Below are positions 12,065 to 26,893 of a DNA stretch of 64,000 bases, in pieces; the first letter of the stretch is position 1, and every line of letters begins with the position of its first letter. The notes below the pieces were generated by a model. That model worked only from the letters and a program-made list of their open reading frames with translations. It was not told the DNA's origin and did no database searches. The stretch spans positions 4,588,001 through 4,652,000 of the forward strand of contig NC_043018.1 of NCBI RefSeq assembly GCF_006345805.1, read 5' to 3'. The position numbers and the translations under genes were made by a program. The DNA is from Octopus sinensis. Taxonomy: Eukaryota.

Positions 12065-15000
12065 GCTTTGATGTGATCACTCAATCTGCTAGAAATGACA
12101 GCTAAATCGCTCTCAAATTACACCCTTCCATCTTAAAAAGCATAGGAAGGACATATTGGATAACAAAGTTGTAAATACACTATGCCTGAATGAAGATGAA
12201 ATAGTTACAGCTGGAACATTTTTGATTATGGATTTAGGCACAAGATGAACAGTGTAGTGGGGTAGGGTAAATCTTTTACATTGACACCCAGTATTTGAAA
12301 GGTACTTTATTTTATGGACGTACAAAAGATAAAGGTGACCCTTAGGAATATTTGAGGTGAGAATGTATAGAGAGTCAGAAGTAACGCCAATAAGATTCAG
12401 CAGCAGAGAAGAATGAGAGTTGCTGGTCATTGCATCAGGTGCCCAGAAAAGCCTGTGTGTCAACTGGTCAGTGAGTTGAGGGAAGAATCAATGTCTAACC
12501 TATGTGGACAACTCGTTTCAAGACAGTGGAAAGGCAAATGTTGAAGAATTAAGAACATGCATGAGAGAGTGTGATTGATGGCATGGTCGTGTGGAATTAT
12601 TAAAGTGTCCGGGAGGTTGACCAAACTAACTGACTAACTATAGTAAAGATGATGATGAAGAGCCTTATTCTATACGATACACAGACGCACTACAACTGGC
12701 TGGAAAAGGGTAAAAAGAGAGAGCAGAAAACAGACATTAAGTCAAGTAAAGAAAGAAAACAATGAGAGCCACAACTACAATGATAGACATTTTAACAAAA
12801 TAAACAATAAAGTTATCAACAAACAATTCATTTCTAAATTTAATGACAGAAGTAATAGTAATACCAAACGGTAATCTGTATATCCAACTTAACATGGATT
12901 GCCTTGTTAGAACACCAAATGCTGTATTATTAGCTTTGAGAGATCCTCTCATTTAGGTGCTTTGTGTCTAAAAGCACACAGAATTTATTGCTGTAATTCT
13001 TTATAAATTCAAATCTAAATTATATTCTCTTGATAGTTCTTCATTTAATTTTTTTTTACATCCATCTTTACAAGCAAGCATGTGGTGAGTGACTGTTTAC
13101 AAATCACAAATTGATGTAAGAATTGCTTTTAGAGTTGTGTCCCTTCCCTCTGTCTACCAATTCAACAATGGAGTACGAATCCTATTTCTGCTGAAAGGTC
13201 GAAGTAATTGGATTGACAACACAAAACATAAGCAGTGATTCATGAGTATGGGCTGACAGTGTTATCTACTTGGTTCTCACAACACCTACAGTGAAGAAGG
13301 ACACCATGAGTACAGGATCAGAACTTTGATACCTTCACTTGACACACACAATCAATGAAGGACAACAACAATTCTCTTGCTCTCTTGTATGTGTGTGTGT
13401 GTGATATGTACTTGGGTGTACAAATGGGCAAAAGGTACCTGTATTCATTTGAAGCTGATGAAACAGCAAATGGACTGAACCATCAGCTTTGAATGAACCC
13501 CCAATGCCCCCCTCCCCTCTCAAAGGATCCTTGTCTTGCAAAATTACTTGGTGACCCTCTCTGTGCAGGTGCCACCTAAAAAGCATCCAGTCCACATTGT
13601 AAAGTGGTTGGCATTTGGAAGGGGCATCAAGCTGCCAAAAGGCTGCCAAAACTGATCTCGCCTGTGCTTGTGCTATGTAATAAGCACTCAGTCCACTCTA
13701 CTGGGTGGGTGGTGTTAGGAAGGGCATCCAGTTGTAAAAACTCTGCCAAAACAGACACAGAAGTCTGGTGGAGGGTCCTGACAAACCGTCCAACCCATGC
13801 CAGCATGGGAAGTGGACATTAAACAATGTTGATGATTGTGGCCATTACCAGTGCTGGTGGCATGCAATGAGCACCATTCATTCATGTATGGGTTGCTGCC
13901 AGAGCCACCCGACTGGCACCCCATGCCGATGGTACGTAAAATGCACCATCCGAATGTGGCCGATGCCAGTGCTGTCTTACTGGCTCCTGTTCCAGTGGCA
14001 CATAAAACGCACCCAATACACTCTCGGAGTGGTTGGTGTTAGGAAGGGCATCCAGCTGTAGAAACATTGCCAGATCAAATTAAAGCCTGGAGCAGCCTCC
14101 TAGTTTGCCAGTCTCCAGTCAAACCGTCCAAACCATGCCAGCATGGACGTTCAATGATGATGATGATGACATATTTAGTGAATTAATGTATAAACATCTT
14201 AAAATAATATCCATGGGATTTTAAGAACTCCATAACACCATTAAACTGTAATACATTATACCAATGTAATAAATATTGGTGAAATAAACTTGTAGTGGAG
14301 GGCAGCAACATATTTAGAATAAAATGCAGAAAAGCACAAGATTTACATATTATTCAGAATTTGTGTTAAAGTCATTTGTGGCATCTATTCTTCTCTGCAT
14401 TTTATTCTATACATCCACATATGTCTGCTGGTTTGTTATACCCTGCTAACATGGTCTGCTTTTCCATGCTAATTGGGTAACAAATAAATATTTGTTTCAC
14501 AGCCAGATGTCCTTCCTGGTGCCTCGTCTGTTTCCAAGCAAGCTAAAAGTTTCACAAATCTATCAAACAATAACCTTGACATACTCTAACAGAGGACAGA
14601 CAAACAACACTTTGTATGAATGGTGAGACTTTTGTTTTACAACCAGCACATACACAGTGCTGGCAGGTCTGTGTAGCAAGAAGTTTATTTAAAAATATAT
14701 TTATTTGTAACAGATAAATTGTTTTTAATCCTTTGTTATTTTGAGGTGCAAACAAATTTCCAAGTTTGAACAAAATCTTTATTTTAAAAATATTTATAAT
14801 ATTATCATTTTTCCAATCATAAAGGTAAATATAATTATCATAACAATAGAAGTGTTGCATGGAAAAAAAGCAAACTAAAATAAAAAAATGCAGGCACAAA
14901 ATCCAAGAATATAGAACCTGAAACAAGAAGAAAAAAAACTGCTAAATGGATTTATGAAATTGTTCATCAAAGACATGTGCACTTTTCGTTTTTTCTGTTT

Positions 15001-15974
15001 TTAGCTTTTTATGGCAGATTATTTGAATTTATGTAAATATTTTTATTCAAAAATGTCTTTGTATTACGCTAAATCATTTTCTGTTTCTTTTCTTCTTCTT
15101 GTCCTGTACTTTTCCAGTTTTGATACATAGGAGTATTCTAGCAATCTGTGTCTGCACTTTTTATTTTAATATATATGTATATATAATCTTTATTTTTTTA
15201 ATTTTTTACTTGTTTCAGCCACTAGACTGCAACCATTGTGAGATTGTCAAGTGTTGGTAGGGGACAAACACATACACACACACAAGATGGGTTTCTTTCC
15301 GTTTCCAGCTACCAATATCACTCACAAAATATTGATAGTGGAGGACACTGGCCAAAAGCATGTTGCAGTGGGACCAAAGCCCTAATCATGTAGTTCCAAA
15401 GCATACATCTTAACCCACATAGCCATGCCTGTGCCCAGCCATGTGTGTGCCTCAGGGTGGGTGAAGGCATGACTAGGAACCACAAACATACATACATATA
15501 TATATATATATATCATAAGTGGTTCATATATCCAAAAAGGAAGCAGACTCTAAAACATTAGATAAGTAATATATTTAGAATGTTATTTGTTATGGCTGGT
15601 CAGAAACTGACCATTGGTTTCTAAGCACTTCTTTCTGATTTAGTCAATGTCCTCATAGTAGTCTGTGGTATAAAAAACAGCGTTATAAATAATTTACTGA
15701 TTTTGAAGGTTGTAGGCTTTTTCCATATCAAAGTTCAAAAAGCATAAAAATTTTTTTATAGTTCATGGTTGGCAACCTAAGTTGCTGCGATTGTGAATAA
15801 AAACCCAAACTGAGGGATTGGAGCAGATAAAATCCAGTCTAGCTAGGAAACATATGTAGGCTGAATTTTAGCTGTTCTACTCCCTCCATTTGGATATATT
15901 CATGTGGCATTAGTTGCTTCAAGTCAACATGCTTTGATCAGTGACAGTGTATTTTGGAGAGAATTTCTCTGATG

Positions 15975-16138
15975 CTAATCTGCAAATTTGGAGGATATGT
16001 GGTAGTAATTCTGATCTTCAGCAGAAACTGTTGCAGGAGCTTTACTCATAGGATCTTTACCATCATGTGACTTGGGGAATGCGATGACATCACGAATGCT
16101 TGGCTCACCACACAAAATGGCTAAGAGACGATCAAGAC
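15975..16138 (-). CDS. DARS2: DARS2 terminal coding exon
   Basis: ctcttctag|GT; GLDRLLAILCGEPSIRDVIAFPKSHDGKDPMSKAPATVSAEDQNYYHISSKFAD, with TAG at 15977-15975. Confidence 0.95.
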
Positions 16139-16374
16139 CTAGAAGAGAAATGAAAAAAAATGATAATTCATTTAAGAAATTAATTAGAATAAATTTAATA
16201 ATCATATGGCTAAAGTATTATCTTGGTTTTTAATATAAAAGGCATTTAATGAATGGAATAAGCTGTGTGAAAATTTATATTTTCTCACAATATGTGATCT
16301 CTTTATTCTGTGATAAATATGACTGCAATTGAGTTTTTGTTGTTAAAAACTCAGGTCAGTGATGTATAATAATA

Positions 16375-16590
16375 ATCCTTTCTACTCTCGGCACAAGGCC
16401 TGAAATTTGCTGGGAGGGGACTAGTTGATTACATCAAACTCAGTGTTTCACCGTTACTTAATTTATTGACCCCGAAAGGATGAAAAGTAAAGTCAACCTT
16501 GATGGAACTTGAACTCAGAACATAGCGACAGATGAAATACCCCTAAGCATTTCACCCAGCATGCTAAAGATTCTGCTAGCTTGCCGCCTT
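16375..16590 (-). mobile_element. SINE family A copy
   Basis: Full-length reverse complement of the family A consensus; a second copy follows in tandem. Confidence 0.85.
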
Positions 16591-16820
16591 GCATAATAAT
16601 AGCAACAACAATTCTTTCTACTAAAAGCACAAGACCTGGAATTTTGGTGGAGGAGACCAGTCAATTACATCAACCCTAGTTTTCAACTGCTATTTATTTT
16701 ATTAACCCTGAAAGAATAAAAGGCAAAGTTGACTCTGGCAGAATTTGAACTCAGAACGTAAAGACAGACAAAATGGCACTAAGCATTTTGCCCAACAATT
16801 CTGCCAGTTTACCACCTAGC

Positions 16821-16852
<32 letters not shown>

Positions 16853-18079
16853 CATCTTCGTACCACTTTCCCATACTGGTATGAGGTGAATGGTTCATCT
16901 GAGTGCAAGTCAGCTCTCATTGGAAACTTCAGCTTCCTAAGAAGACTAGGTCCCTGTATATGTCATTTGGCTTAGTTCCCATAGTTTGGTGCCCTTCCTA
17001 GTACCAGTCACATTACAGAATGTACTGAATGTATTTTCTTGTGGCACCAACACTAGTAAGGTTGAAAAGTCCTTCGTAAGACAAGACCAAAGGGATCTCA
17101 TAATCCCTCTTTTCATTTTTCAAGCTACAAGGTGACCCTCAACAGTGCAGGTCAGGGCGACCTGAACAGCAGCAATGCAGGGATTGACAGGGCTTTTCAG
17201 TCTCGCTGATGGCAAGGCAAGCTCTAATAGGTGCCAGGGCCAAGAAATATGCACCCAGTACACTCTGTAGAGAGAATGCTGCAGGGAAAAGCATCTAGCC
17301 CTGGAAACCATGCCAAAAATAGTGGCAGATGTATCTTCCAACACACTGAATTCTGTCAAACCATTCTACCCATGTCAGCATGGAAAGTGGGTGGGTGGAT
17401 GGATGGATGATGACGATTCTTTTATCATTAGACTGTGGCCACGCTAGGGCATCATGTTGAAGAATTTTTAGTCAAATGAATCGACCCCAGTACTTATTTT
17501 TTGTTAAGCCTGGTACTTATTCTGTTGGTTCTATTTTTGCTGAACCACTAAGTTATGGAGACATAAACACACTAACACCAGTTGTCAAGCAGTGGTGGGG
17601 GAACAAACACAGACATAATGATGCACACCCGCATTTACAATTGGCTTTTTTGCAGTTCCTGTCTACCACATCCTTCGGGCTGACCAAAACCTTATGAGTA
17701 TAAGGTTTTGGTCAGCCCGAAGCTATAGTAGAAGACACCTGCTTAAGGTGCCATGCAGTCGGACTGAACCCGGAACCATGTGGTTGAGAAGAAAACTTCT
17801 TACCACACAGTCACACCTGATTCTTCAGATTTTTATTCATTAAACACCCACTTTTCCAAATATTACAGAAATTATAGTCTAATTTTAGATTCATAAAGAG
17901 TGCAACAGACAGCTACAGTGAAGATCGCAGTCACAACACAGATGGCTGCTGTATTCTTGAGACAACACATAACCTTCATATAGTTGACTGTGCCTACATC
18001 TAAATAATAACAGAACCTTAAACAAAAGCAGCAATGAAACTACAAAGGGTTTCATTGATTTATAGTACTTACTCCATTA

Positions 18080-18476
18080 GTCTCTGTTGAAGCAGACATA
18101 TAACCATCTTACAAACAATAACTCTGAGCACCTTTTCAAACTCCATCTGTCTAACACCCGTGGACATGTTTACAAAGTCAGAAAACAGCACAGTTCCTTC
18201 CATGACTTTCGGAAACATTTTTTCATGCTAAAAGTTGCTGAAGCATGGAACAAACTGCCAGCATCAGTTGTTAGTTGTCGGAGCACTGCATCCTTCAAAA
18301 CTTCCATGCTTCCTGAGATTTGCCAACACTGCACCTGATTTTCTCCCCTCCATACACATGCAAACATGTATCTGACTCATACACTGTTTGCTTCCCAGAC
18401 ATTTGCACATTACTGCATATTCTCTATACGCACTTTTGACAAGTTGTGGTGCACCTGAGCACTATATACAATAATT

Positions 18477-18507
<31 letters not shown>

Positions 18508-18508
18508 A
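18080..18508 (+). mobile_element. CR1/L2-type LINE 3' end
   Basis: TRGHVYKVRKQHSSFHDFRKHFFMLKVAEAWNKLPASVVSCRSTASFK (CR1-group ORF2 C-terminus), followed by a 3'UTR and (ATT)n tail. Confidence 0.82.
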
Positions 18509-18845
18509 ACATTACTTTCCATTTTTAAGGCAGCAAGCAAGCAGAATCGTTACCATGCCAGGCACTACGCAACACTTCATTTGTCTTAACTCTCTGAGTT
18601 CAAATTCTGCCATAGTTGACTTCATCTTTCATCTTTCCAGGGTCGATAAAATAAGTACCAGTTGTGTACTGGGGACAGTGTAATTGACTCACCCCCTTCC
18701 CAACCAATATTACTTTCCGTTTGGTTTATAAACTAACGAATATCTAACTTTCATTATCTTCATCCTCCACTGATGTTGTTTCCCCATATTTTGGTACCAA
18801 CTAAAAATAGCGTTGAACCTCATTAATGATTCTGCCTCTACTTAC

Positions 18846-18921
18846 CCAGAGCAATTCCTCCGTGAGGTGGGCAGCCACTGTCCAAAGCATGTAAAAGGTG
18901 TTGCAGTTGACTGCTGTCTTC
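18846..18921 (-). CDS. DARS2: DARS2 exon (start of motif 3)
   Basis: tcttttaatag|GAA...CTG G|GTAAG; 76 nt; EDSSQLQHLLHALDSGCPPHGGIALG. Not in the ORF track. Confidence 0.94.
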
Positions 18922-19631
18922 CTATTAAAAGAAAAAAAAACAAAAAAGATAATTAATTATACAATTCACAAAAGAAACACAGTTTCTTCTAAACAGTTCT
19001 AGAATCCAAGTATAAAGACCAACCTAATATATCTTGGAGTTTGTAGTCTTGATGCTTTCTGTCAAGAATATTTGCATTTGCAATGTGTGTAGAATAAACT
19101 TGAAGCTGAGTCACAATCATGTCACACACGAGTTACATCTATGACGTCACACTAACTACTTTAAGCAGCAAAATGTCTATTTCTTATAACCTCCATGTCT
19201 TTTTTGGTGTGCTGCTCTGGATTCTCCAGTGTGTGGGTCACTGCCACCACAAAAGTTGGTCTTCTGGCACTCATCCTGCAGATGTGGCCAAGCCACTGGA
19301 GCCTGCACTGCTGGACTTCAATTGTTGGCTGCTGTGGATGACATTGTTCTCAGATGTTGTTTGAGATTCGGTCACGTAGAGAGACACTAAGGATATGACA
19401 AAGACATCACAATTGTAACAGCTCAAGCTTGTTCAGTTCCTGTTTGAGGATGGTCCAAGTCTCACCACTGTAGAGAAGACATGAGCAAAACAAAGAGTGG
19501 GAGACCTGAAGTCACAGCCCCTCAACTCCAAGCATGCTAAGGCCAACACCATGGATCGGAAATCATCACCAGGGTTTGTCATTCAGTGCCACCCACAACC
19601 ACATATTTAATAAGGGAGAAAACAGCTGGAA

Positions 19632-19852
19632 TTATTCTTTTCTACTCTAGGTACAAAGCCTGAAATTTTTGGGGAGGCGGGGCCAGTCAATTAGATCAAC
19701 CTCAGTATGCAACTTGTACTTAATTTATCGACCCTGAAAGGATGAAAGGCAAAGTTGACCTCGGCAGAATTTGAACTCAGGATGTAAAGACAGACAAAAT
19801 ACTGCTAAGCACTTCACCCGGTGTGCTAACCACTCTGCCAGCTCGCTGCCTT
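19632..19852 (-). mobile_element. SINE family A copy
   Basis: Full-length reverse complement of the family A consensus. Confidence 0.85.
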
Positions 19853-20395
19853 GAGAACAGCAGGAATCATGTGAAACATGATGAGCAGACATCTTTCAGA
19901 TGAGCATTTAGTTATCGCAATGAAAGGAAATGTCTGTGACAGTCTCAAAGCCACATTACAGACATTGTTGAATAGGATTCACTTTACTTTATGTTTGGTT
20001 TTTTTTTTGTGCCTCTTAGATGGTACAGTGGTAACATTATGTCAGACCACTTGTTGCAGTTCAAAGTTCATTGCTTTTACTTGAAAAAAACAGAATATTA
20101 CTGGTATTATTTTAAAAGTGGGGTGAAAATCATCCTCAATTTTGAAAGAACTTGAATTCATAAAGGCAAAGCAACAGAACAATCTTTAGAAACAGCTTTC
20201 TGGTATATAAGCTATACAACTTTCCTACTGCTATATAAATCCACTTCTCCTTGAACCAACAAGTCCACCACCACCACCAACAACACCAACAACAACAACA
20301 CCACACACCTCTATGTTGTTAATCAACATACTAGAAAGAGCAGTCATATTTCCTTCAAACCATACCCTACTATCCTTTAAAAATGGAATATTTAC

Positions 20396-20506
20396 CTTAA
20401 GTATCTGCTCCAATATATAAAGTTGTTCTTTAGCTGTGTGAATACGAATTGAACCTCCTCCAATCTCATGTCCATTTAACACCAGATCATAATGCTGACC
20501 CTTCAC
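20396..20506 (-). CDS. DARS2: DARS2 exon
   Basis: ccttattag|GTG...AAG|GTAAAT; 111 nt; [37 protein letters not shown]. Confidence 0.95.
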
Positions 20507-22116
20507 CTAATAAGGAAATAAGAGATAAACGTGGAGCAATGACCAATATATTCTAATCATTGTATTTAATTAACTTTTTTTTTATACTAACCCATTGCAA
20601 TTATACTTAGCACTCCCCCCTCTGTAACAAACCCATCTGAAATTAACTCTGGTTTTATCATATGAAAATCCACCAGATTTAAAGTATTTATATCAACATT
20701 AAAACCTAAATATTATGATTTTATATAAAACCTCATTGTACATTCCAATTTAATTTAATGCAAAAGGTTTTTTGACTAAATCTCTCCAAATTTTTTTAAT
20801 TTTTGTCACAGTTAATTGAAACATTTCGGTTGTATTAATACTGCCTCTATCACTAATATATATTTTTTTAACAAGCTCACTGGCTAATTGTGACACAATC
20901 ACCTGTTCTGGCACTGTTTTTCTATATATCACTGACAGGGAGATGAGTCACTGTTATCTCTAACGGTTGAGCATCCATCGTTGATGAGATCAAGGAAGGT
21001 CGAAATCACGTGATCTGGTGGTCTCAGTGCTGGAGATGGCAGGATTTATCTCCCTTGCTAGTGATAAAAATAAGCATGCATTTTGTACCAGAACCCAATA
21101 TGAAAGTCCCTCTTGTAGTATATTCTACAAATATCATGTTCTAACAGAATGTCCACATTTAAGTGGGGATAAATATTAACTCTCAGTGTTATTACTGCCT
21201 CTGTCACTCATACAGGTTGTGCTTTATGGATGCAATATAATCACAAAATATTCAAACACAAAGCTCAACACCTAATTCAACATATGACTCCATACAGGGT
21301 TCAATCTGTGGCTCAACACAGAACTCAACACATGGTTTAACTCCTGGTTCAACACATGACTCAACACATCAATTAAAACATTGCATCTATAGCCAAGACT
21401 TGACTTCCATCAGCTGAGGTCACCTAGCTGTAAATAGGCACCACTAATGGTACAGTTTATCTCTGTAAACACACAAAGATCTAAGACTGCATCCGAAAGC
21501 TCTCTAGATGTTTGTCAAAGAATCAATTGCCAACTGATTTACAGACTGTGGTTAGCCTTCTCCTTGCTACAATGGCTAATGTTACTCTCAACCAGTCAAC
21601 TGTTACGCCCTCTCCACCCATGCTTGCACAACACACCTGTCTCCGCCTCTTCATTTATCTTTCCTATAAATTCCATACTAAACATTTCTATCAATTTTGC
21701 CACAGCAGAACTGCAGCCCATCAGAATATTCTCTCCTTACTCAAGTTTTCTCTTTCTTTTTTTCTTTTCTATTCTCCTCCTCATCATTGTCATTGTTACT
21801 GCTGCTGCCAGTGTCAACATCATCATCGCCGTCAACAACGACACCGATGCCACCACTGACAACAACAACAGCAGCAGTAACATCTCACACCAAACTGAGT
21901 TCTATATTATCAGAATTATCAACACTGATCCAACAGAGAAACTCCAGCACAGCTAATTAAGGAACATACACTTTATACATGTGCGTTTGTGTATGAGTGT
22001 GTATATTTAGTGTATGTATATATATATATATACCGGAGTAAACACATAAATGTGAAACAAGGTGGAAAAAAGAGTACTCAAATACCAGAGGTAGAGTAAT
22101 ATGCTTTATTTAAAAG

Positions 22117-22117
22117 C

Positions 22118-22153
<36 letters not shown>

Positions 22154-22165
22154 CTGTGTATATAT

Positions 22166-22212
<47 letters not shown>

Positions 22213-22245
22213 GTGTGCATCTATCTATCTATCTATCTATCTATC

Positions 22246-22287
<42 letters not shown>

Positions 22288-22340
22288 CAGAGAGAGAGAA
22301 GAAGAAGAAAGAAACAAGAGAGAGAGAGAGAGAGAAAGAG
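22117..22340. repeat. Compound (AT)n/(ATCT)n/(AG)n microsatellite
   Basis: Directly visible. Similar tracts at 23780-23890, 26360-26465, 36700-36930, 37815-37880 and 39665-39730. Confidence 0.95.
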
Positions 22341-23053
22341 ACAATTACGCAGATAAACTAATCAAATACATCAAATATATTAAATATATTAGTTTGGGTA
22401 TGAAATACAAAATATGCATACATGCAAAATGTGACACTTTCAGATGATGAATTTTTAAGTATAACTATAGAGATATTTACACAGAATACACATACATACG
22501 TACGTACGTATGTATGTATGTGTCAGCCTAAAGTCCCTTTTGATGCTGTCGTTTGTATTCTCTGTAGTTATACTTAAAAATTCATCATCTGCAAGTGTCA
22601 CATTTTGCACGTAGAAAGGAGAAAGCTAATTCGAAGATTACAGATCCAATCCATCACTGGAACTGTAAAATTCTGTAAAACATGCATACATACTTACATA
22701 CATACGTACATATGTACGTATGTAAGTATGCATGCATGTATATACAGATTAGTTTTTTTATGTATGTATCCTCATGCGTATAGTTGCATATCTAGACATG
22801 CTCAAATATATTCAATTGATAAACTTCTGGAAGGTTTTACAGATTTTTACAGTTCCAGTGATGGATTGGATCTGTAATCTTCGAATTAGCTTTCTCCTAT
22901 CTGGTTGTGTGTGTATGTGTGTGTACATAATGTTGCCCTAGATATTTATAAATAAAATGGGATGGTTATGGTTGGAAAGCTTTTGACCCGAGGTCTCCTT
23001 GACCAAGATTGATGCAGACCACCACCACCACTATCATCTCCATCATCATGTAC

Positions 23054-23133
23054 CTTAAGTGGATCTGTATATAAGAGTTCAACATCTTCTGGCATCGGGG
23101 CAGTGAATGGGTGATGGGCCGATTCCAAGCCGT
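23054..23133 (-). CDS. DARS2: DARS2 exon
   Basis: tttattctag|AC...AAG|GTACAT; 80 nt; [27 protein letters not shown]. Confidence 0.94.
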
Positions 23134-23818
23134 CTAGAATAAAACAAAGACAACCAAACATGTTTAAAATTAATGAAGTCATTTGGATATAATATGTGAG
23201 AGTAATAATAATAATAATAATAATAATAGATTTCTTATATTTGCCACCAGGGCGAAGAATGAAGGGGACAATACAAAGACAGACCTAAAGTGTTGGAGTT
23301 TCCATAAAATGGAATGATTTACAAAAAACAAAACAAACAAAACTATACATTAGAAGGGAAGTATACAACTATTATACAACAGAGAAAGAGAAAGAGAAAA
23401 AGGGGATAGAGATGGGGTCCTCGTGAAATTGAGGAATCCCACCACCCAAGATCAAGTTGAATGCCAAGGGCCCTCTTCAACTCCTTTCCTCTGACTCACC
23501 AGTCTACACTTAGAGTGGTACCAAAGCAGACAGAGTAGCCTGGGGTAGTTTTTCTACCTGGCCAGCTCCTATCAACTGTCCTTCACATGCATACATGGAA
23601 GATGGACATTAAACGACGACGATGATGATGATATATTTATACTTAAATATTCATCATCTGAAAGTCTCCACCTTTTGCTTTCTCTTGTTTTGCATGTGTA
23701 CATATCTATAAATATTTTGTATTTCATACCCAAGCTATTATATTTAATATATCTAATTTGTTTATCCACATAATTGCCTCTCTTTCTCTCTCTCTCTCTT
23801 TCTATATATATATATATT

Positions 23819-23850
<32 letters not shown>

Positions 23851-24214
23851 CACACATACAATACACATGCACACACATACACATACATATACAAAAGTCT
23901 TCCAGTTTTCATTGATCAAATCTATTCACAAGGGCTGCAGCAGAAGACACTTGCCCACAGTGCCACATAGTAGGACTGAACCTGAAACCAAATGGTTGGG
24001 AAGTGAACTTCTTAACCACACAGCCACATCTGAACTTGAAAAGAAAAATAAACCCAAAAAACTTTGTCTAAAGATGAAGATTTATTATCTTATTCACAAC
24101 TTATCTCAGACATTTAAACTGATAAATTCCAAAACTGGCAGTTCTACCTTGTTGTCCTTATATGGATTAAAGATATATTGAATTTAAACAGTGATGCTTC
24201 AAGTAGAGACTTAC

Positions 24215-24295
24215 CACCATCTTCTTTTGGTAGGAAAAGTGGGAAATCTACAATCCAAAGAAAATTGAATGCTTCAGTGTCCCGCAGTTTCATAC
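24215..24295 (-). CDS. DARS2: DARS2 exon
   Basis: catttccttag|GT...GGT G|GTAAGT; 81 nt, phase 1-1; GMKLRDTEAFNFLWIVDFPLFLPKEDG. Confidence 0.93.
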
Positions 24296-24869
24296 CTAAG
24301 GAAATGGGGAAAAAAAACTTATTAGTATATTGTATAAACACACATACACACTCTCTCTTGCACACGCACACACACATACACACAAGTACTCAAATACAAG
24401 CAAACATATACATACACACCAAACAGAAGCACATACACACACACACTCTTTCTCTCTCACACACACAAGTAATCCAATACACACATATATACACACCATA
24501 CATACACATACACACACTCACTCTTACACACACTTCAAACAATGCTTTGACTGGCCCAAGTCCATGATAAAAAATACTTATCCAAAGTGACACACAGTGG
24601 GACTGAACCCAAAACCACATGATTGGGAAACAAACTTCCTTAACCCCACAGCCACACTTGCATCTTTTTTAAAAGAAATTCTATTAAAAATCCCCGGTCT
24701 TGTTACAAAGCTTCTGGCAGCTCTCTTTGTTCAATTTACCCAAAACAGACCAGAAATAACCAAACTATCATTGTTTTAGTGGCCACATTTCCATGCTCAC
24801 AAAGGTCAGACAAAATTTGTTGAAGCAGATTCTTACAGTGGGATGCCCTTCTTGTTACCAACTCTCACC

Positions 24870-25830
24870 TGTTTCTGTATAGAGGGATGCCAGTATAGCA
24901 AGAAATTTAGTGTACATGTAGGAGTTCACCAAGGATCAGTCTTCAGATTTTTCTTGCTTATTGTAGTCCTCCTCTGGGAAATAATAGAGAACTTTAAAAC
25001 AGGCAGCTCTTGGGAGATCCTTTATGCTAATGACCTTGCTCTTATTGCTGAATCACTATCAGAACTAGAGAAGAAATTTCAGGTGTGGAAGCAAGGTCTG
25101 GAATGAAAAGGCGTGAGAGTTAATTTTAGCAAAGACCAAAGTCCGAGTGAGTAGGAAAGTATACAAATCAGAAATCCCTTCAAGGTGATGGCTCTGCTCA
25201 ATATGTAGAACAGGTTTTGGTAGAAATTCCTTATGGTGTATTTAGTGCAAGCTATGGATGCATAAGAAGTGCAGCGGTATCACAGAAAGGTTGAAAGAGA
25301 AAGTAGTCTTTGTGTGTGGCAGATGTGCAGAAAATAGAGTCCCACAAATGGCTGGGAAGATACTTAGAAGTAGTTGATAGTTTCCATTACCTAGGTAACC
25401 AAGTCAGCCATGGAGGAGGGAACTCTGAAAGCATACTTTCTAGGATGAGAATGGGCTGGGCAGAGTTGAGAGAGCTGCTACTTTTATTGGTAAGGAAGGG
25501 CCTCTGCCTCAGAGTGAAAGGCTGACTGTATGATGCCTGTGTACAAATAGCCATGCTACATGGTAGTGAGACATGGGTTGTGACTACTGAGGACATACGA
25601 AGGGTTGAAAGAAATGAAACTCTGCTTAGTGGGTAATGTCAGTGTGCATGTACATAGAACAGTGCTGATCTGTAATTGTGAAGGGAATTAGTGGAAGGAG
25701 CAGACCCAGGAAAACATGGGATGAAGTGATGAGAAAGGATCTTCAGACATTGGGCCACACTGAGGACATGACAACAAATTGAGACTTCTGGTGATTTACT
25801 TGAGAAGCCAATTCAAGCTAAGCAAAACCA
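24870..25830 (+). mobile_element. Decayed RTE-like LINE (RT C-terminal half with a Cys-rich insert)
   Basis: VGVHQGSV...ILYANDLALIAES...CSIC...CKLWMHKKCSG...VCGRC...EVVDSFHYLG...ACVQIAMLHGSETW; many stops and frameshifts. Confidence 0.78.
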
Positions 25831-26893
25831 TGGTCATCTATACATACAGGCAGGCCCCTCGGTCAGTTGAGAGTTGTGTCACGTAAAAGCAGTCACATTT
25901 GTGCCACATAAAAAGCACCCAGCAGACACTCTGTAAAGTGGCTGGCATTAGGAAGAGTATCTAGCCATGGAAGCCGTGCAAGAACAGGCAACTGGAGTCT
26001 TGGAGAGTTCTGCGACTGACCAGCTCCTATCAAACTGTCCAACCCATGCCAGCATCGCAAACAGACTTTAAATGATGATGACATATATATATATATATAC
26101 ACACCACCATCATCATCATCATCACTTAGCATTCACCTTTCTGTGCTTGCATGGGTCAAATGGAATTCATTGAGATGGATTTTCTAAGACTGGATGCCCT
26201 TTCTGCCACCAACATTCACCTGTTTCCAAGCAAGGCAACATTTCCCCATAGCTAGACATATCTTTCACAGAAGACTGGAAACAAACAAAACAACATCACT
26301 TGTCTAACAATGTTTCTCATACACAACCACATTCTGTCTAGACAAGGTAACACACACACACATGTACGTATGTATGTACGTGCATATGTACGTATGTATG
26401 TATATGTGTGTGTGTGTATGTATATTTGTGTGTATGTGTATGTATATGTGTGTGTATGTGTGTGTTACTATCTCCTTACCTTGACATCACAATAGTTGTA
26501 AATGAACGTCATGCAAGTAGTATCCGTTCTTCCCAATCTTCCATGAAATACATGTGTGACCATGGGAAAGAAAGTATCTTGCTTGGAAACAGGTAAGGGT
26601 TGGCAACAGGAAGGGCATACAGTCACAAAAGATCTACCTCAAAAGACTACATCCAACTCATGTGAGCATAGAAAAGGGGACATAAAAACAATGATGATTC
26701 AGTAGGGCCAAACAGTGAAAATGAGCCTAAAAGTACCTCTGCTAAAATCCCTGCATAATTTCCTCCCCAATTCTGTGTATTCTATATTTTACATCATCTA
26801 ATAACATTTGAAATATTGTGAAATCTCAGCCAAATCCAAAATGAAGATGGCTGTACAATCATTTTATATCTAGAACATTTGAAAACTGCAAAT

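Noticed and set aside
12650-13320. Faint RLE-retroelement-like peptide (HVVSDC) in AT-rich DNA
   Set aside because: Too degenerate to support a call.
21250-21960. Degenerate ~12-bp TCAACACATGAC periodicity and overlapping 87-169 aa ORFs
   Set aside because: Low-complexity and trinucleotide-driven, with no domain motifs or consistent splice structure.
24690-24765. Minus-strand SVLGKLNKESCQKL, resembling the DARS2 SLLGKLRLEC exon
   Set aside because: No suitable donor site. The true exon, with a near-exact match and canonical splice sites, is at 27257-27311.
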